Shown here one piece after another: positions 1 to 9,022 of a stretch of 64,000 nucleotides of DNA. This DNA comes from an uncultured Gammaproteobacteria bacterium (GTDB lineage Bacteria > Patescibacteriota > Patescibacteriia > UBA11705 > DATKZF01), in the NCBI GenBank assembly GCA_964411255.1, contig CAYPKD010000005.1, positions 5,547 through 69,546 of the forward strand, in the 5' to 3' direction. Numbering within the stretch: the stretch's first letter is position 1; each line of letters opens with the position of its first letter. The position numbers and the translations under genes were made by a program. The notes under the pieces are model-generated. The model worked only from the letters and a program-made list of their open reading frames with translations, ran no database searches and was not told where the DNA came from.

Positions 1-1
1 T

Positions 2-3000
2 AATAAATGGAAGGAAACTCAATTGGAGGAATTAGAAGAAAGTTTTAGCCAAGTTCAAAAAGAGCTAAAAGATTTAGAACCAATGCAGATTTTACCTGAA
101 AATGTTTACCAGGATTTATCACTTAAATACGGTCATGTTTTTGATGCTGGAATCGGTGCTGATGCTCTTAGGAAATTGTTGCAAAAAGTTGATTTAGAAG
201 CATTAATAAAAAAGCTTGAAGTAGAAATAAAGAAAGAGAAGGTAACAAAAAAGAAAAAAGCAATTAATAGAGTAAAACTATTAAAAAGTTTGAGAAGAAC
301 AGGCATTAAGCCTGAATGGATGGTATTGACCTCAGTCCCAGTCATTCCTCCTGATTTGCGGCCAATGGTGCCATTAGATGGCGGACGGTTTGCCACATCT
401 GATTTAAATGATTTATATAGAAGAGTTATCAGTAGAAATAACCGTCTTAAAAGATTGGTGGATTTGCGTGCCCCAGAAGTTATCTGCAGAAATGAGAAGA
501 GGATGCTTCAGGAAGCAGTGGACGCTTTGATAGATAATTCTGCCAGAAAGGCGAAGACGACTACGGCTTCAACAGGCCAAAAGAGAAATTTAAAATCAAT
601 TGCTGATTATCTTAAAGGTAAGCAGGGGCGTTTTAGACAAAATTTATTAGGAAAAAGAATTGATTATTCTGGACGAAGCGTGATTGTAGTAGGTCCTCAC
701 TTAAAATTACATCAGTGTGGTCTGCCAAAGAAAATGGCTTTAGAATTATTTAAACCATTTATTATTTCTAGACTGATTAAGGAAGAATATGTCCATAATA
801 TTCGAAGCGCAAATCGGTTTATTGAAGCGGACAGATCTGAGGTGTGGGATATTTTAGAAGATATCGTAAAGGGCGCTCATGTATTATTAAATCGTGCGCC
901 GACTCTTCATCGTTTGGGTATCCAGGCTTTTCAACCAGTTTTAATTGAAGGTAAAGCAATTAAATTGCATCCTTTGGTTTGTTCTGCATTTAATGCGGAT
1001 TTTGATGGCGACCAAATGGCTGTGCACGTCCCATTAACTGAAGAAGCAAAAGCGGAAGCAAAGGAGAGAATGCTATCAATTAGAAATTTGTTAAAACCAG
1101 CTACTGGCATGCCAGTTACTCAACCATCAATGGATATGGTATGGGGAAGCTATTATTTAACTGAAATGATTGATAAAGAAAAACCAAAATATTTTAGTGA
1201 TAGTAAAGAAGCAAAATTAGCTTATGACTTGCGAAAAATCACATTACAAGAAAAAATATTGGTTAAAGTTACAACCTCTTCAGATTTGAAAGCAAAAGTA
1301 AAAGATAATATTCTTGAAACAAGTATTGGAAGGATAATTTTTAATAAAATATTTCCAGAAAAAATGCCATTTTATAATGAATTAGTTGATAAGAAAAAGC
1401 TAGCCTCTATCGTAAGTTATGCAATAGAAAAATATGGATTTGATGGTACGTCGAAGATTTTAGATAATATTAAGGAATTAGGTTTTATGCAGCTAACCAA
1501 GTCAGGGTATTCATGGGGTATGGATGATTTACCAAAACTGCAGGGAAAAGAAGAATTAATTAAGGAAGGGAATAAAAGAGTAGATGAAGTTCAGATGCAA
1601 TATGAATCTGGATTATTAACTGAAGATGAGCGATATAGCAAAGTAATTGAAATTTGGACTGAAATAAAGGAGAAAGTAATACAATTAAGTCAGAAAAGCT
1701 TAATTGAAGATGGGCCAGTATATACAATGATAACCTCAAATGCCAGAGGCTCATGGGGTCAGCTTACACAGATGATGGGCATGAAGGGATTGGTGACAAA
1801 CCCAGCAGGTCAAATTATTGAATTACCGGTTAAAGCGAACTTTAAGGAAGGTTTTTCTGTGTTGGAATATTATATTTCTACCCATGGTGCCCGTAAAGGT
1901 TTGTCAGATACTGCGTTAAGAACTGCGAACGCAGGATACTTGACCAGAAGATTAGTTGATGTTTCCCAGGACGTAGTAATTATTAAAGAAGATTGCGGTG
2001 AAAAAGAAGGTAAGTTATATACAAAGGAAGAAAGTGATAATATTGGCCAAAGTTTGGTTTCCAGAATTATTGGCCGATATTTATTAGAAGATATAAAGCA
2101 TCCGAAAACTAAAAAAGTGATTGTCAAAAAAGGAGAAGTAATATCTTTGTCAATTGCTAGAGAATTGGAAAAAATTGATTTGCAAGAGGCCCGGGTGAGA
2201 ACTGTTTTAAACTGCAAACTCAATCGTGGCTTATGTCAAAAATGCTATGGCTATGATTTATCTTATAACAAGCCGGTTGATTTAGGGTCTGCTGTAGGTA
2301 TTATTGCTGCGCAGAGTATTGGTGAACCAGGAACCCAGCTTACTATGAGAACTTTCCATACTGGTGGTGTAGCTGGTCAAGATATTACCCAAGGTTTGCC
2401 GAGGGTTGAAGAAATATTTGAAGCTCGTCCACCAAAGAAGAAAGCATTGTTAAGTGAGGCCACTGGAAAAGTATCTATTATTGAAAAACCTAGAGTCATC
2501 CAAGGACCAAAAGGTGAAATTATAGCTCAAACTGCATTTGGAGAAAGGACTATAAAAATTAAATATAGAGAGGAAGAAGTTGATACATATAATTTTAAAG
2601 ATTCTAAAAAAGTTGAATTAGTGGTAAAGGATAATGCTAAGGTAAAACAAGGCGATTTACTCTTCACTGAAGGCCGTAAAAAAATAAAGGCTGTAAGAGA
2701 CGGTGTATTAAATATCGAAGAGAAAGGTGTAAAGATAGTAAATGATATAAATAAGGAAAAGGAATATATTATTCCAGCAGGTGTTACAGTTTGGGTAAAA
2801 GACGGTGACAAAGTGCAAAAAGGTGATCAGCTGACTGAAGGAAGTATAAATCTTGAGGAATTATATAACCTTAAAGGCAAAGATGCTGTCCAGCAGTATA
2901 TATCAAATGAAATTCAGTACATTTATTCATCTCAGGGACAGAAATTAAATGATAAGCATGTTGAGGTTATTTGCCGTCAAATGTTTTCTAGGGTTTATAT

Positions 3001-3298
3001 CAAAGAACCAGGTGATACCTATTTGCTCGAAGGTGAAATAGTAGAAAAGTCTGAATTAGAAGAAGCTAATGAACAAGTGAAAAAAGGTGGCAGGCTGGCA
3101 GCAGTTGAAGAAAAGTTTTTGGGTATTTCAAAAGTATCGCTCTCAACAAAGAGTTTCTTATCTGCAGCCTCATTCCAGGAAACAGCAAGGGTTTTGATAA
3201 ATGCTGCTGTTACTGGAAAAATTGATAGATTAGAAGGCTTAAAAGAAAATGTTATTATTGGTAAATTGATTCCAGCTGGAACAGGATTTAAAAAGTAA
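2..3298 (+). CDS. rpoC: DNA-directed RNA polymerase subunit beta-prime, 5'-truncated by window edge
   Basis: Frame is open from nt 2 (the track start at 23 is an artefact). Catalytic NADFDGDQMAVH, RAPTLHRLGIQAF and C-terminal GKLIPAGTGF motifs. Confidence 0.97.
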   Translation, partial: NKWKETQLEELEESFSQVQKELKDLEPMQILPENVYQDLSLKYGHVFDAGIGADALRKLLQKVDLEALIKKLEVEIKKEKVTKKKKAINRVKLLKSLRRTGIKPEWMVLTSVPVIPPDLRPMVPLDGGRFATSDLNDLYRRVISRNNRLKRLVDLRAPEVICRNEKRMLQEAVDALIDNSARKAKTTTASTGQKRNLKSIADYLKGKQGRFRQNLLGKRIDYSGRSVIVVGPHLKLHQCGLPKKMALELFKPFIISRLIKEEYVHNIRSANRFIEADRSEVWDILEDIVKGAHVLLNRAPTLHRLGIQAFQPVLIEGKAIKLHPLVCSAFNADFDGDQMAVHVPLTEEAKAEAKERMLSIRNLLKPATGMPVTQPSMDMVWGSYYLTEMIDKEKPKYFSDSKEAKLAYDLRKITLQEKILVKVTTSSDLKAKVKDNILETSIGRIIFNKIFPEKMPFYNELVDKKKLASIVSYAIEKYGFDGTSKILDNIKELGFMQLTKSGYSWGMDDLPKLQGKEELIKEGNKRVDEVQMQYESGLLTEDERYSKVIEIWTEIKEKVIQLSQKSLIEDGPVYTMITSNARGSWGQLTQMMGMKGLVTNPAGQIIELPVKANFKEGFSVLEYYISTHGARKGLSDTALRTANAGYLTRRLVDVSQDVVIIKEDCGEKEGKLYTKEESDNIGQSLVSRIIGRYLLEDIKHPKTKKVIVKKGEVISLSIARELEKIDLQEARVRTVLNCKLNRGLCQKCYGYDLSYNKPVDLGSAVGIIAAQSIGEPGTQLTMRTFHTGGVAGQDITQGLPRVEEIFEARPPKKKALLSEATGKVSIIEKPRVIQGPKGEIIAQTAFGERTIKIKYREEEVDTYNFKDSKKVELVVKDNAKVKQGDLLFTEGRKKIKAVRDGVLNIEEKGVKIVNDINKEKEYIIPAGVTVWVKDGDKVQKGDQLTEGSINLEELYNLKGKDAVQQYISNEIQYIYSSQGQKLNDKHVEVICRQMFSRVYIKEPGDTYLLEGEIVEKSELEEANEQVKKGGRLAAVEEKFLGISKVSLSTKSFLSAASFQETARVLINAAVTGKIDRLEGLKENVIIGKLIPAGTGFKK

Positions 3299-3415
3299 TA
3301 TTACGAATACCCCGAATTATTGATCCGAATATCTGAAATATTTTATAATTCGTAGAGTATTCAGATTATTTGGGGTATTAGGATAGGAAATTCGGGTCAT
3401 TAGGATCAATAATTT
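3299..3415. repeat. 8-nt-periodic degenerate word array, inverted halves (..CGAA words then TTCG.. words)
   Basis: Read in 8-nt register: ATTACGAA TACCCCGA ATTATTGA TCCGAATA.., then reverse-complement-type words ..ATAATTCG.. TTTGGGGT ATTAGGAT. Confidence 0.6.
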
Positions 3416-5275
3416 ATGAAGAAAAATTTAACAAAAAATGTAATTATATTCATTGTCATCTTTTTTGTGATTGCTGCAATTTTCAGTACGTATAACCTGT
3501 CCAACAAGGAAAAAGAAACTATTGATGTTCAAAAAATGATTCAGGAAATAGATGAAGAGAAAATTAAGTCAATTGAAGTGGCAGGCAGTGAAATATCATT
3601 AATTTTAAAAGATGATTCATTGCAAACACTAAAAAAAGAGCCAAATGAAAATTTCTCAGATTTGGTGAATAATTATAATATTGATAGGGAAAAACTATCT
3701 TTAATTTCAATTGAAGTAACAGAAGAGAGAGGGATGTCTTTTTGGTTAACCAGCGTTTTACCCTTTTTATTGCCGATTTTATTGATTGTAGCATTTATTT
3801 GGTTTATGATGCGACAAGTTCAGGGTGCAAATACAAAGGCAATGTCTTTTGGTCAGAGCCAGGCAAAGCAGTTTGACAGTAAGGGGAAAAATAAAACCAG
3901 TTTCAAAGATGTTGCAGGTGTGAGGGAAGCAAAAGAAGAATTAAAAGAAGTGGTTGAGTTTTTACGCTATCCAAAAAAGTTTTTAGATTTAGGAGCAAAG
4001 ATTCCTAAGGGTGTATTGCTGATGGGCCCTCCGGGTACAGGGAAAACATTGCTAGCAAAAGCTGTCGCCGGAGAGGCAAAGGTTCCATTCTTTACTATAT
4101 CAGGATCTGAATTTGTTGAGATGTTTGTTGGTGTGGGTGCGTCCCGGGTAAGAGATTTATTTAAGAAAGCAAAAAAGAATGCACCCTGTATTATATTTAT
4201 TGATGAAATTGATGCCGTTGGCAGACAAAGGGGAGCTGGTCTGGGTGGTTCGCATGATGAAAGAGAACAGACATTGAACCAAATTTTGGTTGAGTTAGAC
4301 GGATTTGATGTCAATACAAATGTGATCGTTATGGCAGCTACCAACAGGCCTGATGTTTTAGACCCGGCTTTACTTCGGCCAGGAAGATTTGACCGCAGAG
4401 TTATTTTAGATATGCCAGATATTCGAGATAGAGAAGAAATATTAAAAGTTCATGCTAAAGGCAAGCCATTAACGAAAAAAGTTAACATGAGAAGAGTTGC
4501 AGAAAGAACTCCGGGATTTTCTGGCGCTGACTTATCAAATTTACTAAACGAAGCGGCTATTTTAACAGCCAGAAAGGACAAGCATGAGATTGGTATGGAT
4601 GAAATACTTGATAGTATTGAAAAGGTTCTGCTTGGTCCGGAAAGAAAAAGTAAAGTACTTACTGTGGAAGAGAAAAAAGTAACAGCTTATCATGAAGCTG
4701 GCCATGCTTTAGTTGCCCATATTCAGCCAGGAGTTGATCCGGTGCAAAAAGTATCTATAGTTTCCAGAGGCCATGCAGCTGGGTATACATTGAAATTACC
4801 AACAAAAGACCGAAGCCTGCACAAGAAATCAGAATTTATAAGTGATTTGGCTGTGTTATTGGCAGGTCATACTGTAGAAAAGATAATTTTTGGCGAGGTG
4901 ACTACTGGCGCATCCAATGATTTGCAAAAGGCAACCGATCTCGCAAGAAATATCGTCACCCGATATGGTATGAGCGAGCATTTGGTGCCAAGAATATATG
5001 GGGAAAAAGAAGAATTAGTATTTTTAGGCAGGGATATACGGGAACAGAGAAACTATAGTGAGAAAGTAGCTGAAGTTATTGATAAGGAAATTGATTATCT
5101 AATAAGCGAAGCAGTAAAAACCTCTACTAATATTATTAATGATGAAAAAGATAAGCTTGAAAAGATAGTTAAACATCTTTTGGAACATGAAACGCTCGAA
5201 CAAGATGAGTTTATAAAGTTAATAGGCAAAAAAAAAGAATTAAACAAGAATGATAATATTGAAAAAAAAGAATAA
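3416..5275 (+). CDS. ftsH: ATP-dependent zinc metalloprotease FtsH
   Basis: N-terminal TM segments, Walker [12 protein letters not shown]+ core, HEAGHA zinc-binding motif. Confidence 0.97.
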   Translation: MKKNLTKNVIIFIVIFFVIAAIFSTYNLSNKEKETIDVQKMIQEIDEEKIKSIEVAGSEISLILKDDSLQTLKKEPNENFSDLVNNYNIDREKLSLISIEVTEERGMSFWLTSVLPFLLPILLIVAFIWFMMRQVQGANTKAMSFGQSQAKQFDSKGKNKTSFKDVAGVREAKEELKEVVEFLRYPKKFLDLGAKIPKGVLLMGPPGTGKTLLAKAVAGEAKVPFFTISGSEFVEMFVGVGASRVRDLFKKAKKNAPCIIFIDEIDAVGRQRGAGLGGSHDEREQTLNQILVELDGFDVNTNVIVMAATNRPDVLDPALLRPGRFDRRVILDMPDIRDREEILKVHAKGKPLTKKVNMRRVAERTPGFSGADLSNLLNEAAILTARKDKHEIGMDEILDSIEKVLLGPERKSKVLTVEEKKVTAYHEAGHALVAHIQPGVDPVQKVSIVSRGHAAGYTLKLPTKDRSLHKKSEFISDLAVLLAGHTVEKIIFGEVTTGASNDLQKATDLARNIVTRYGMSEHLVPRIYGEKEELVFLGRDIREQRNYSEKVAEVIDKEIDYLISEAVKTSTNIINDEKDKLEKIVKHLLEHETLEQDEFIKLIGKKKELNKNDNIEKKE

Positions 5276-5279
5276 AAGT

Positions 5280-5307
5280 AAAGCTGCTTTTCGCAGCTTT
5301 ATTTGTT
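5280..5307 (+). terminator. Rho-independent terminator after ftsH
   Basis: AAAGCTGC-TTTTC-GCAGCTTT stem-loop followed by a T-rich run. Confidence 0.7.
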
Positions 5308-5310
5308 TAT

Positions 5311-6105
5311 ATGAAAAAAATAATTATTCCCCTAATTTTTTTAATAATTCTCCTGTCAGGCTGTAGCGTGGAAGTCATAGAACAAGACGATCAGAATGTA
5401 GCGGAAACCACATTTGAATTGTCCAAAGTAGAGTTTACCAACTGGACTCAAATTGATATTGGATTAAACATAAAACAATTTATTGCTGATAATCAAAATA
5501 CAATCACAGTATTGAGGATAGATGAAGATAAATATGAATGGGCGCTAGCTCAGGATAGAAGCAATCCAAAAATTATCAGCCAATGGCAGCAGAAATTGAA
5601 AGCAGAAATTGTAATAAATGGAGGATATTTTGATGAGAATAATGAATCCACTGGATTTTTAAAGATTGAAGGAGAAAAATTTGGGAATTTATCGATTAAT
5701 GGTAAAAACGGATATACGGGAATGTTATTAATAAAAGACAATCAGCCTGAATTGAGATATTTACCTGCAGAAAATTATAAAAATGAAAAAGTCAATTTTG
5801 CATTGCAGACTTTTCCAACATTAATCTATAATAATAAAAGCTTAATAACCGAAGATAGTGGGAAAACTGCGAGAAGAACGGTTTTAGCCCAGACAAAAGA
5901 TAAAAAGACTTATATTATTATTTCAGAATCATTTATCAGTTTATACAAATTAGCTCAATGGCTGGAAAATTCAGAATTAGATATTTCAATTGCTATAAAC
6001 CTGGATGGCGGACCCTCAACAGGTTTGATTGTAAAAGATTATTATAAATCTGATTCGGCTTTAGTACCTAATGTTGTTTATTTAACGGCGGTCGGCAATA
6101 GGTAG
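5311..6105 (+). CDS. Lipoprotein, phosphodiester glycosidase (DUF2233/NAGPA-like) family
   Basis: Signal peptide with lipobox LLSGC. NGGYFDE and NLDGGPSTGL motifs remembered from the family. Confidence 0.75.
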   Translation: MKKIIIPLIFLIILLSGCSVEVIEQDDQNVAETTFELSKVEFTNWTQIDIGLNIKQFIADNQNTITVLRIDEDKYEWALAQDRSNPKIISQWQQKLKAEIVINGGYFDENNESTGFLKIEGEKFGNLSINGKNGYTGMLLIKDNQPELRYLPAENYKNEKVNFALQTFPTLIYNNKSLITEDSGKTARRTVLAQTKDKKTYIIISESFISLYKLAQWLENSELDISIAINLDGGPSTGLIVKDYYKSDSALVPNVVYLTAVGNR

Positions 6106-6158
6106 TAGGCCAGATGTTAATAAGTTTTCGCTATAAAATTAAACTTTTGATATAATAA

Positions 6159-6186
6159 AAGTAGCTTGATGTCAAGTTACTTTTTA
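6159..6186 (+). terminator. Rho-independent terminator
   Basis: AAGTAGCTTGA/TCAAGTTACTT stem (one G-U pair) followed by TTTTT. Confidence 0.6.
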
Positions 6187-6241
6187 ATTACCAATATACA
6201 AATTAATATAAAATATTACAAATAATAACAAATATACAAAT

Positions 6242-7327
6242 ATGCCATTGTACAGAATTATTTTAAAAAAAGCATGGAAGATTAGTTTGAAAAATAAATG
6301 GCTTTGGTTTTTAGGATTTTTTGCTGCCTTTTTAAGTAATGAAAGTATTTATGAATCTATCATTGGTGGATTTACAAATAAGTTTCAGGGTCAGGATTTT
6401 GTTTTCCTGACTAAAGACTTTTTAGGTGTTGGGTTATTAGATATTTTTCAATGGTCATTTTTAAAATCATGGTGGACTTCAGGAAGTATTACTTTTACTT
6501 TTTTGTTATTGGTTACAATAGCTTTTATTTGTTTATTATTATTCTTTGTCTTTGTTTCAATTATTTCCCAGGCAGGATTGATCAAGTCAGCAATTGCCAT
6601 TGATGTAAAAAAAACATACAGCCTAAAAAAAGCTTTGCAGGATGGTATTGAGAAGTTTTGGTCTGTATTGGCGCTGAATGTGATTACAAAAGTCGTTTTA
6701 TTTGGAGTATTGGTGATTGTTGCATATTTATTTTCTGCATTAATAAAATTAAATCCAGTTAATTTTATTGATTACGTTTTGTATGTGATCTTTATTGCAT
6801 TATTGGTTTTTGGCGCATTGATAATATATTATTTAACAATTTATGGCACTGCTTTTATAATGCTCAGAGGAAAAAAAGTTTTTGATAGCTTAAGACTTTC
6901 ATGGCACATTTTTGTAAAAAATATATTGATAAATTTAGAAATGGCTTTGATTTTATTTGTGTTCGTAATATTGTTAACCATAGTATATTTAATTGTTCTG
7001 TTTGTATTAGGAACCCCATTAGTTCTGCTATACATGCTTTTAGGCTTTGCTGCAGCAGAAAAAGGGGTGATTATTGTCGCTGCTTTAGCTGTATTACTGT
7101 TTATTATTGTTACAGTATTTTTCGGAGCCTGGTATTCTACATTTCAAATCACATGCTGGGCTTTGCTATTTGAAGAATTGGTGTTGAAAAAAGGACGATC
7201 AAAGTTTCTAAGAGTTTTAGATGCGATTTTTGGTAAAAGTAAAAGGAAAAAATTAAACAAAGGGAAAATAAAAAAAATTGCCCGAAAGACTGTAAAGAAG
7301 GGTAAGAAAAGTTTAAGAAGAAGATAA
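6242..7327 (+). CDS. Polytopic membrane protein with Lys/Arg-rich C-terminal tail
   Basis: Multiple hydrophobic helices. Tail is KSKRKKLNKGKIKKIARKTVKKGKKSLRRR. No recognisable family. Confidence 0.8.
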   Translation: MPLYRIILKKAWKISLKNKWLWFLGFFAAFLSNESIYESIIGGFTNKFQGQDFVFLTKDFLGVGLLDIFQWSFLKSWWTSGSITFTFLLLVTIAFICLLLFFVFVSIISQAGLIKSAIAIDVKKTYSLKKALQDGIEKFWSVLALNVITKVVLFGVLVIVAYLFSALIKLNPVNFIDYVLYVIFIALLVFGALIIYYLTIYGTAFIMLRGKKVFDSLRLSWHIFVKNILINLEMALILFVFVILLTIVYLIVLFVLGTPLVLLYMLLGFAAAEKGVIIVAALAVLLFIIVTVFFGAWYSTFQITCWALLFEELVLKKGRSKFLRVLDAIFGKSKRKKLNKGKIKKIARKTVKKGKKSLRRR

Positions 7328-7343
7328 ATTTATTTATATATAA

Positions 7344-7367
7344 AACAAGGCATAAAGCCTTGTTTTT
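7344..7367 (+). terminator. Rho-independent terminator
   Basis: ACAAGGC-ATAAA-GCCTTGT followed by TTTTT. Confidence 0.7.
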
Positions 7368-7371
7368 GTTT

Positions 7372-7418
7372 TCGTCAAAAGGTAAAAACGAATTCGAATT
7401 CGTTTTTACCTTTTGACG
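7372..7418. terminator. Near-perfect 23-bp-arm palindrome, probable bidirectional terminator
   Basis: CGTCAAAA(A)GGTAAAAACGAATTC|GAATTCGTTTTTACCTTTTGACG. It lies between convergent genes and overlaps the stop codon of the minus-strand methyltransferase. Confidence 0.6.
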
Positions 7419-8554
7419 GCTATTTTCCAAATTGTAATTCTTCGAACCAAATGTTGTCCTGGCCTTGAATAATCAAATTCATTGAGTAAATTATAGCCAA
7501 GCTGTTTTATATTTTCATCAATTGACGTATCGATTATTTGTTTTTTAGATTTTAATTTTGGAAAGATAAATACCACTATATGTTTAGATCCAAGCAATTT
7601 ACTAAATTTTTCAAAGGATTTTAAATATAAAAGCTGAAGTTCTTTTTTTATTTTATTTAAGTCTGCCTGATTTTCTTTACCAGTTAAGGGTTTGCCTAAA
7701 TATGGTTCAGTGACAATTGCTTGAGGTAAAAATTTTAAATCTTTTGCAGTTGCTTTGGTTATGTCTAGCGTTTTCATTTCAATATTTACAGTTAAATTAA
7801 AATTTTCAAGCAGCCAATCAATATTTTTTTGAGCTTTTAGAATAGTTGAAGCATTTATATCACTACCAAAGATGTTTTCATATCCTAATATTGCTGCTTG
7901 CTGCAAAATAGTGCCAAAACCGCAAAATGGATCCCAAATAGTTTTTGTTTTTTGTGGAATTAGATTAATCATCATTTGCGCCACTTTAGGCGGCAGCATA
8001 CCTATCTTGGGATCAAATTCTGGACGGCCATAGTCAAGCTTGTTCCAGAGCTCAAAGTCCTGAACGGCTAAGGTTTTACCAATTAAAAAAATTCCGCGTT
8101 GTTCAAAAATACAAAGCTCAATTCCCTGATCAATCAGCTTATTTTTTTTAACAACGACTGCGGTTAGGTTTTGCGTTTTCGGACTCACAAATCTACATGG
8201 CCGGCTTTGTTTAATAATTTTTTTTATTTCAATGCCCAGTTTGTTTATTTTAAGTTTTTGATTTGTATAGTCGCTTATTCCAAACTGGATCTTGTTTGTT
8301 TGTTTTAAATCAATCGTTTTGATGAGCTCGTTGGCATTGAGTCTCTGAATTTGGCCGATGATTTCACCGAATTTTATTTGACCGCCGAGTCTGTAAAAGA
8401 TTTTGTTATCTATTTTTTCTTTCGATTCAATAATAAAAAGCTCGTTTTGCTGCAAAATTTGCTTAAATTCAATTTTTGTTAAAAACAAAACGTTTTTTAT
8501 CTCAGCTAAAGATAATTGGGGTGTTTTTCCAAAAATAAAATAATATTTATGCAT
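7406..8554 (-). CDS. SAM-dependent RNA/DNA methyltransferase (UPF0020/Trm11-like)
   Basis: DPFCGFGTILQQAA (motif I) and VTEPYLG (motif IV-like). Start moved to ATG 8554 (MHKYYFIFGK..); the 50-aa upstream extension in the track looks non-coding. Confidence 0.8.
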   Translation of the reverse strand: MHKYYFIFGKTPQLSLAEIKNVLFLTKIEFKQILQQNELFIIESKEKIDNKIFYRLGGQIKFGEIIGQIQRLNANELIKTIDLKQTNKIQFGISDYTNQKLKINKLGIEIKKIIKQSRPCRFVSPKTQNLTAVVVKKNKLIDQGIELCIFEQRGIFLIGKTLAVQDFELWNKLDYGRPEFDPKIGMLPPKVAQMMINLIPQKTKTIWDPFCGFGTILQQAAILGYENIFGSDINASTILKAQKNIDWLLENFNLTVNIEMKTLDITKATAKDLKFLPQAIVTEPYLGKPLTGKENQADLNKIKKELQLLYLKSFEKFSKLLGSKHIVVFIFPKLKSKKQIIDTSIDENIKQLGYNLLNEFDYSRPGQHLVRRITIWKIAVKR

Positions 8555-8605
8555 ATATTTTATTGTATCATTTTTTTGATATTTTGATACTTTTATACAT
8601 ACAAA

Positions 8606-8737
8606 TAAAAGTCTGCGCCTATGCCATTTTACAGCAGAATGTTGAGGAGAGAGAGATTTGGTTTTGAATACGTTGTTACGTACCCTAGCCAAAAACATTC
8701 GCACTGTTATAAATTGGCAAAAAGACGCAGACTTTTA
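8606..8737. other. About 130-nt rod-like nested hairpin (four coaxial stems)
   Basis: Stems pair 8606-8617/8726-8737 (12 bp), 8637-8643/8694-8700, 8657-8663/8687-8693 and 8669-8673/8678-8682, with loop TGTT. Confidence 0.4.
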
Positions 8738-8806
8738 CAACCAATGTATTTATTATTGTAGCATATTTTTAAATTTTGTAAATACTTAAAAGTTAAATAC
8801 AGCAAA

Positions 8807-8835
8807 TTGACACTTTTCGAAAAAATTGCTAAACT
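8807..8835 (+). promoter_or_regulatory. Sigma70-type promoter upstream of infB
   Basis: TTGACA, 17-nt spacer, TAAACT. Confidence 0.5.
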
Positions 8836-8853
8836 AAAAGCAATCTTTTTATT

Positions 8854-8999
8854 TAAGAAGGCCTAAGAAGGCACCAGATGGCTTAATAGATAAAGAGGAA
8901 AAGAGGTTGAGAAGGCAAGTATTAAAATTGGAATAGCCTTCTTTTCCCATATGCCTCATTTTCCTATCAATCCCGCTTAAGCCCTATCAAGCCTTCTTT
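8854..8999. repeat. 8-nt-periodic word array, inverted halves (infB 5' leader)
   Basis: TAAGAAGG CCTAAGAA GGCACCAG .. AGAAGGCA, then ..GCCTTCTT-type reverse-complement words. Confidence 0.6.
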
Positions 9000-9022
9000 A
9001 ATAATGAAAGGAGAATATTACC

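Noticed and set aside
133-2811. Antisense ORFs inside rpoC (133..396, 1560..1754, 1870..2223, 2527..2811). Similar shadow ORFs occur inside ftsH, infB, leuS, uvrA, rnj, the GT genes and others.
   Set aside because: They lie fully within and antisense to strongly supported conserved genes. They have no SD or promoter and their composition is low-complexity.
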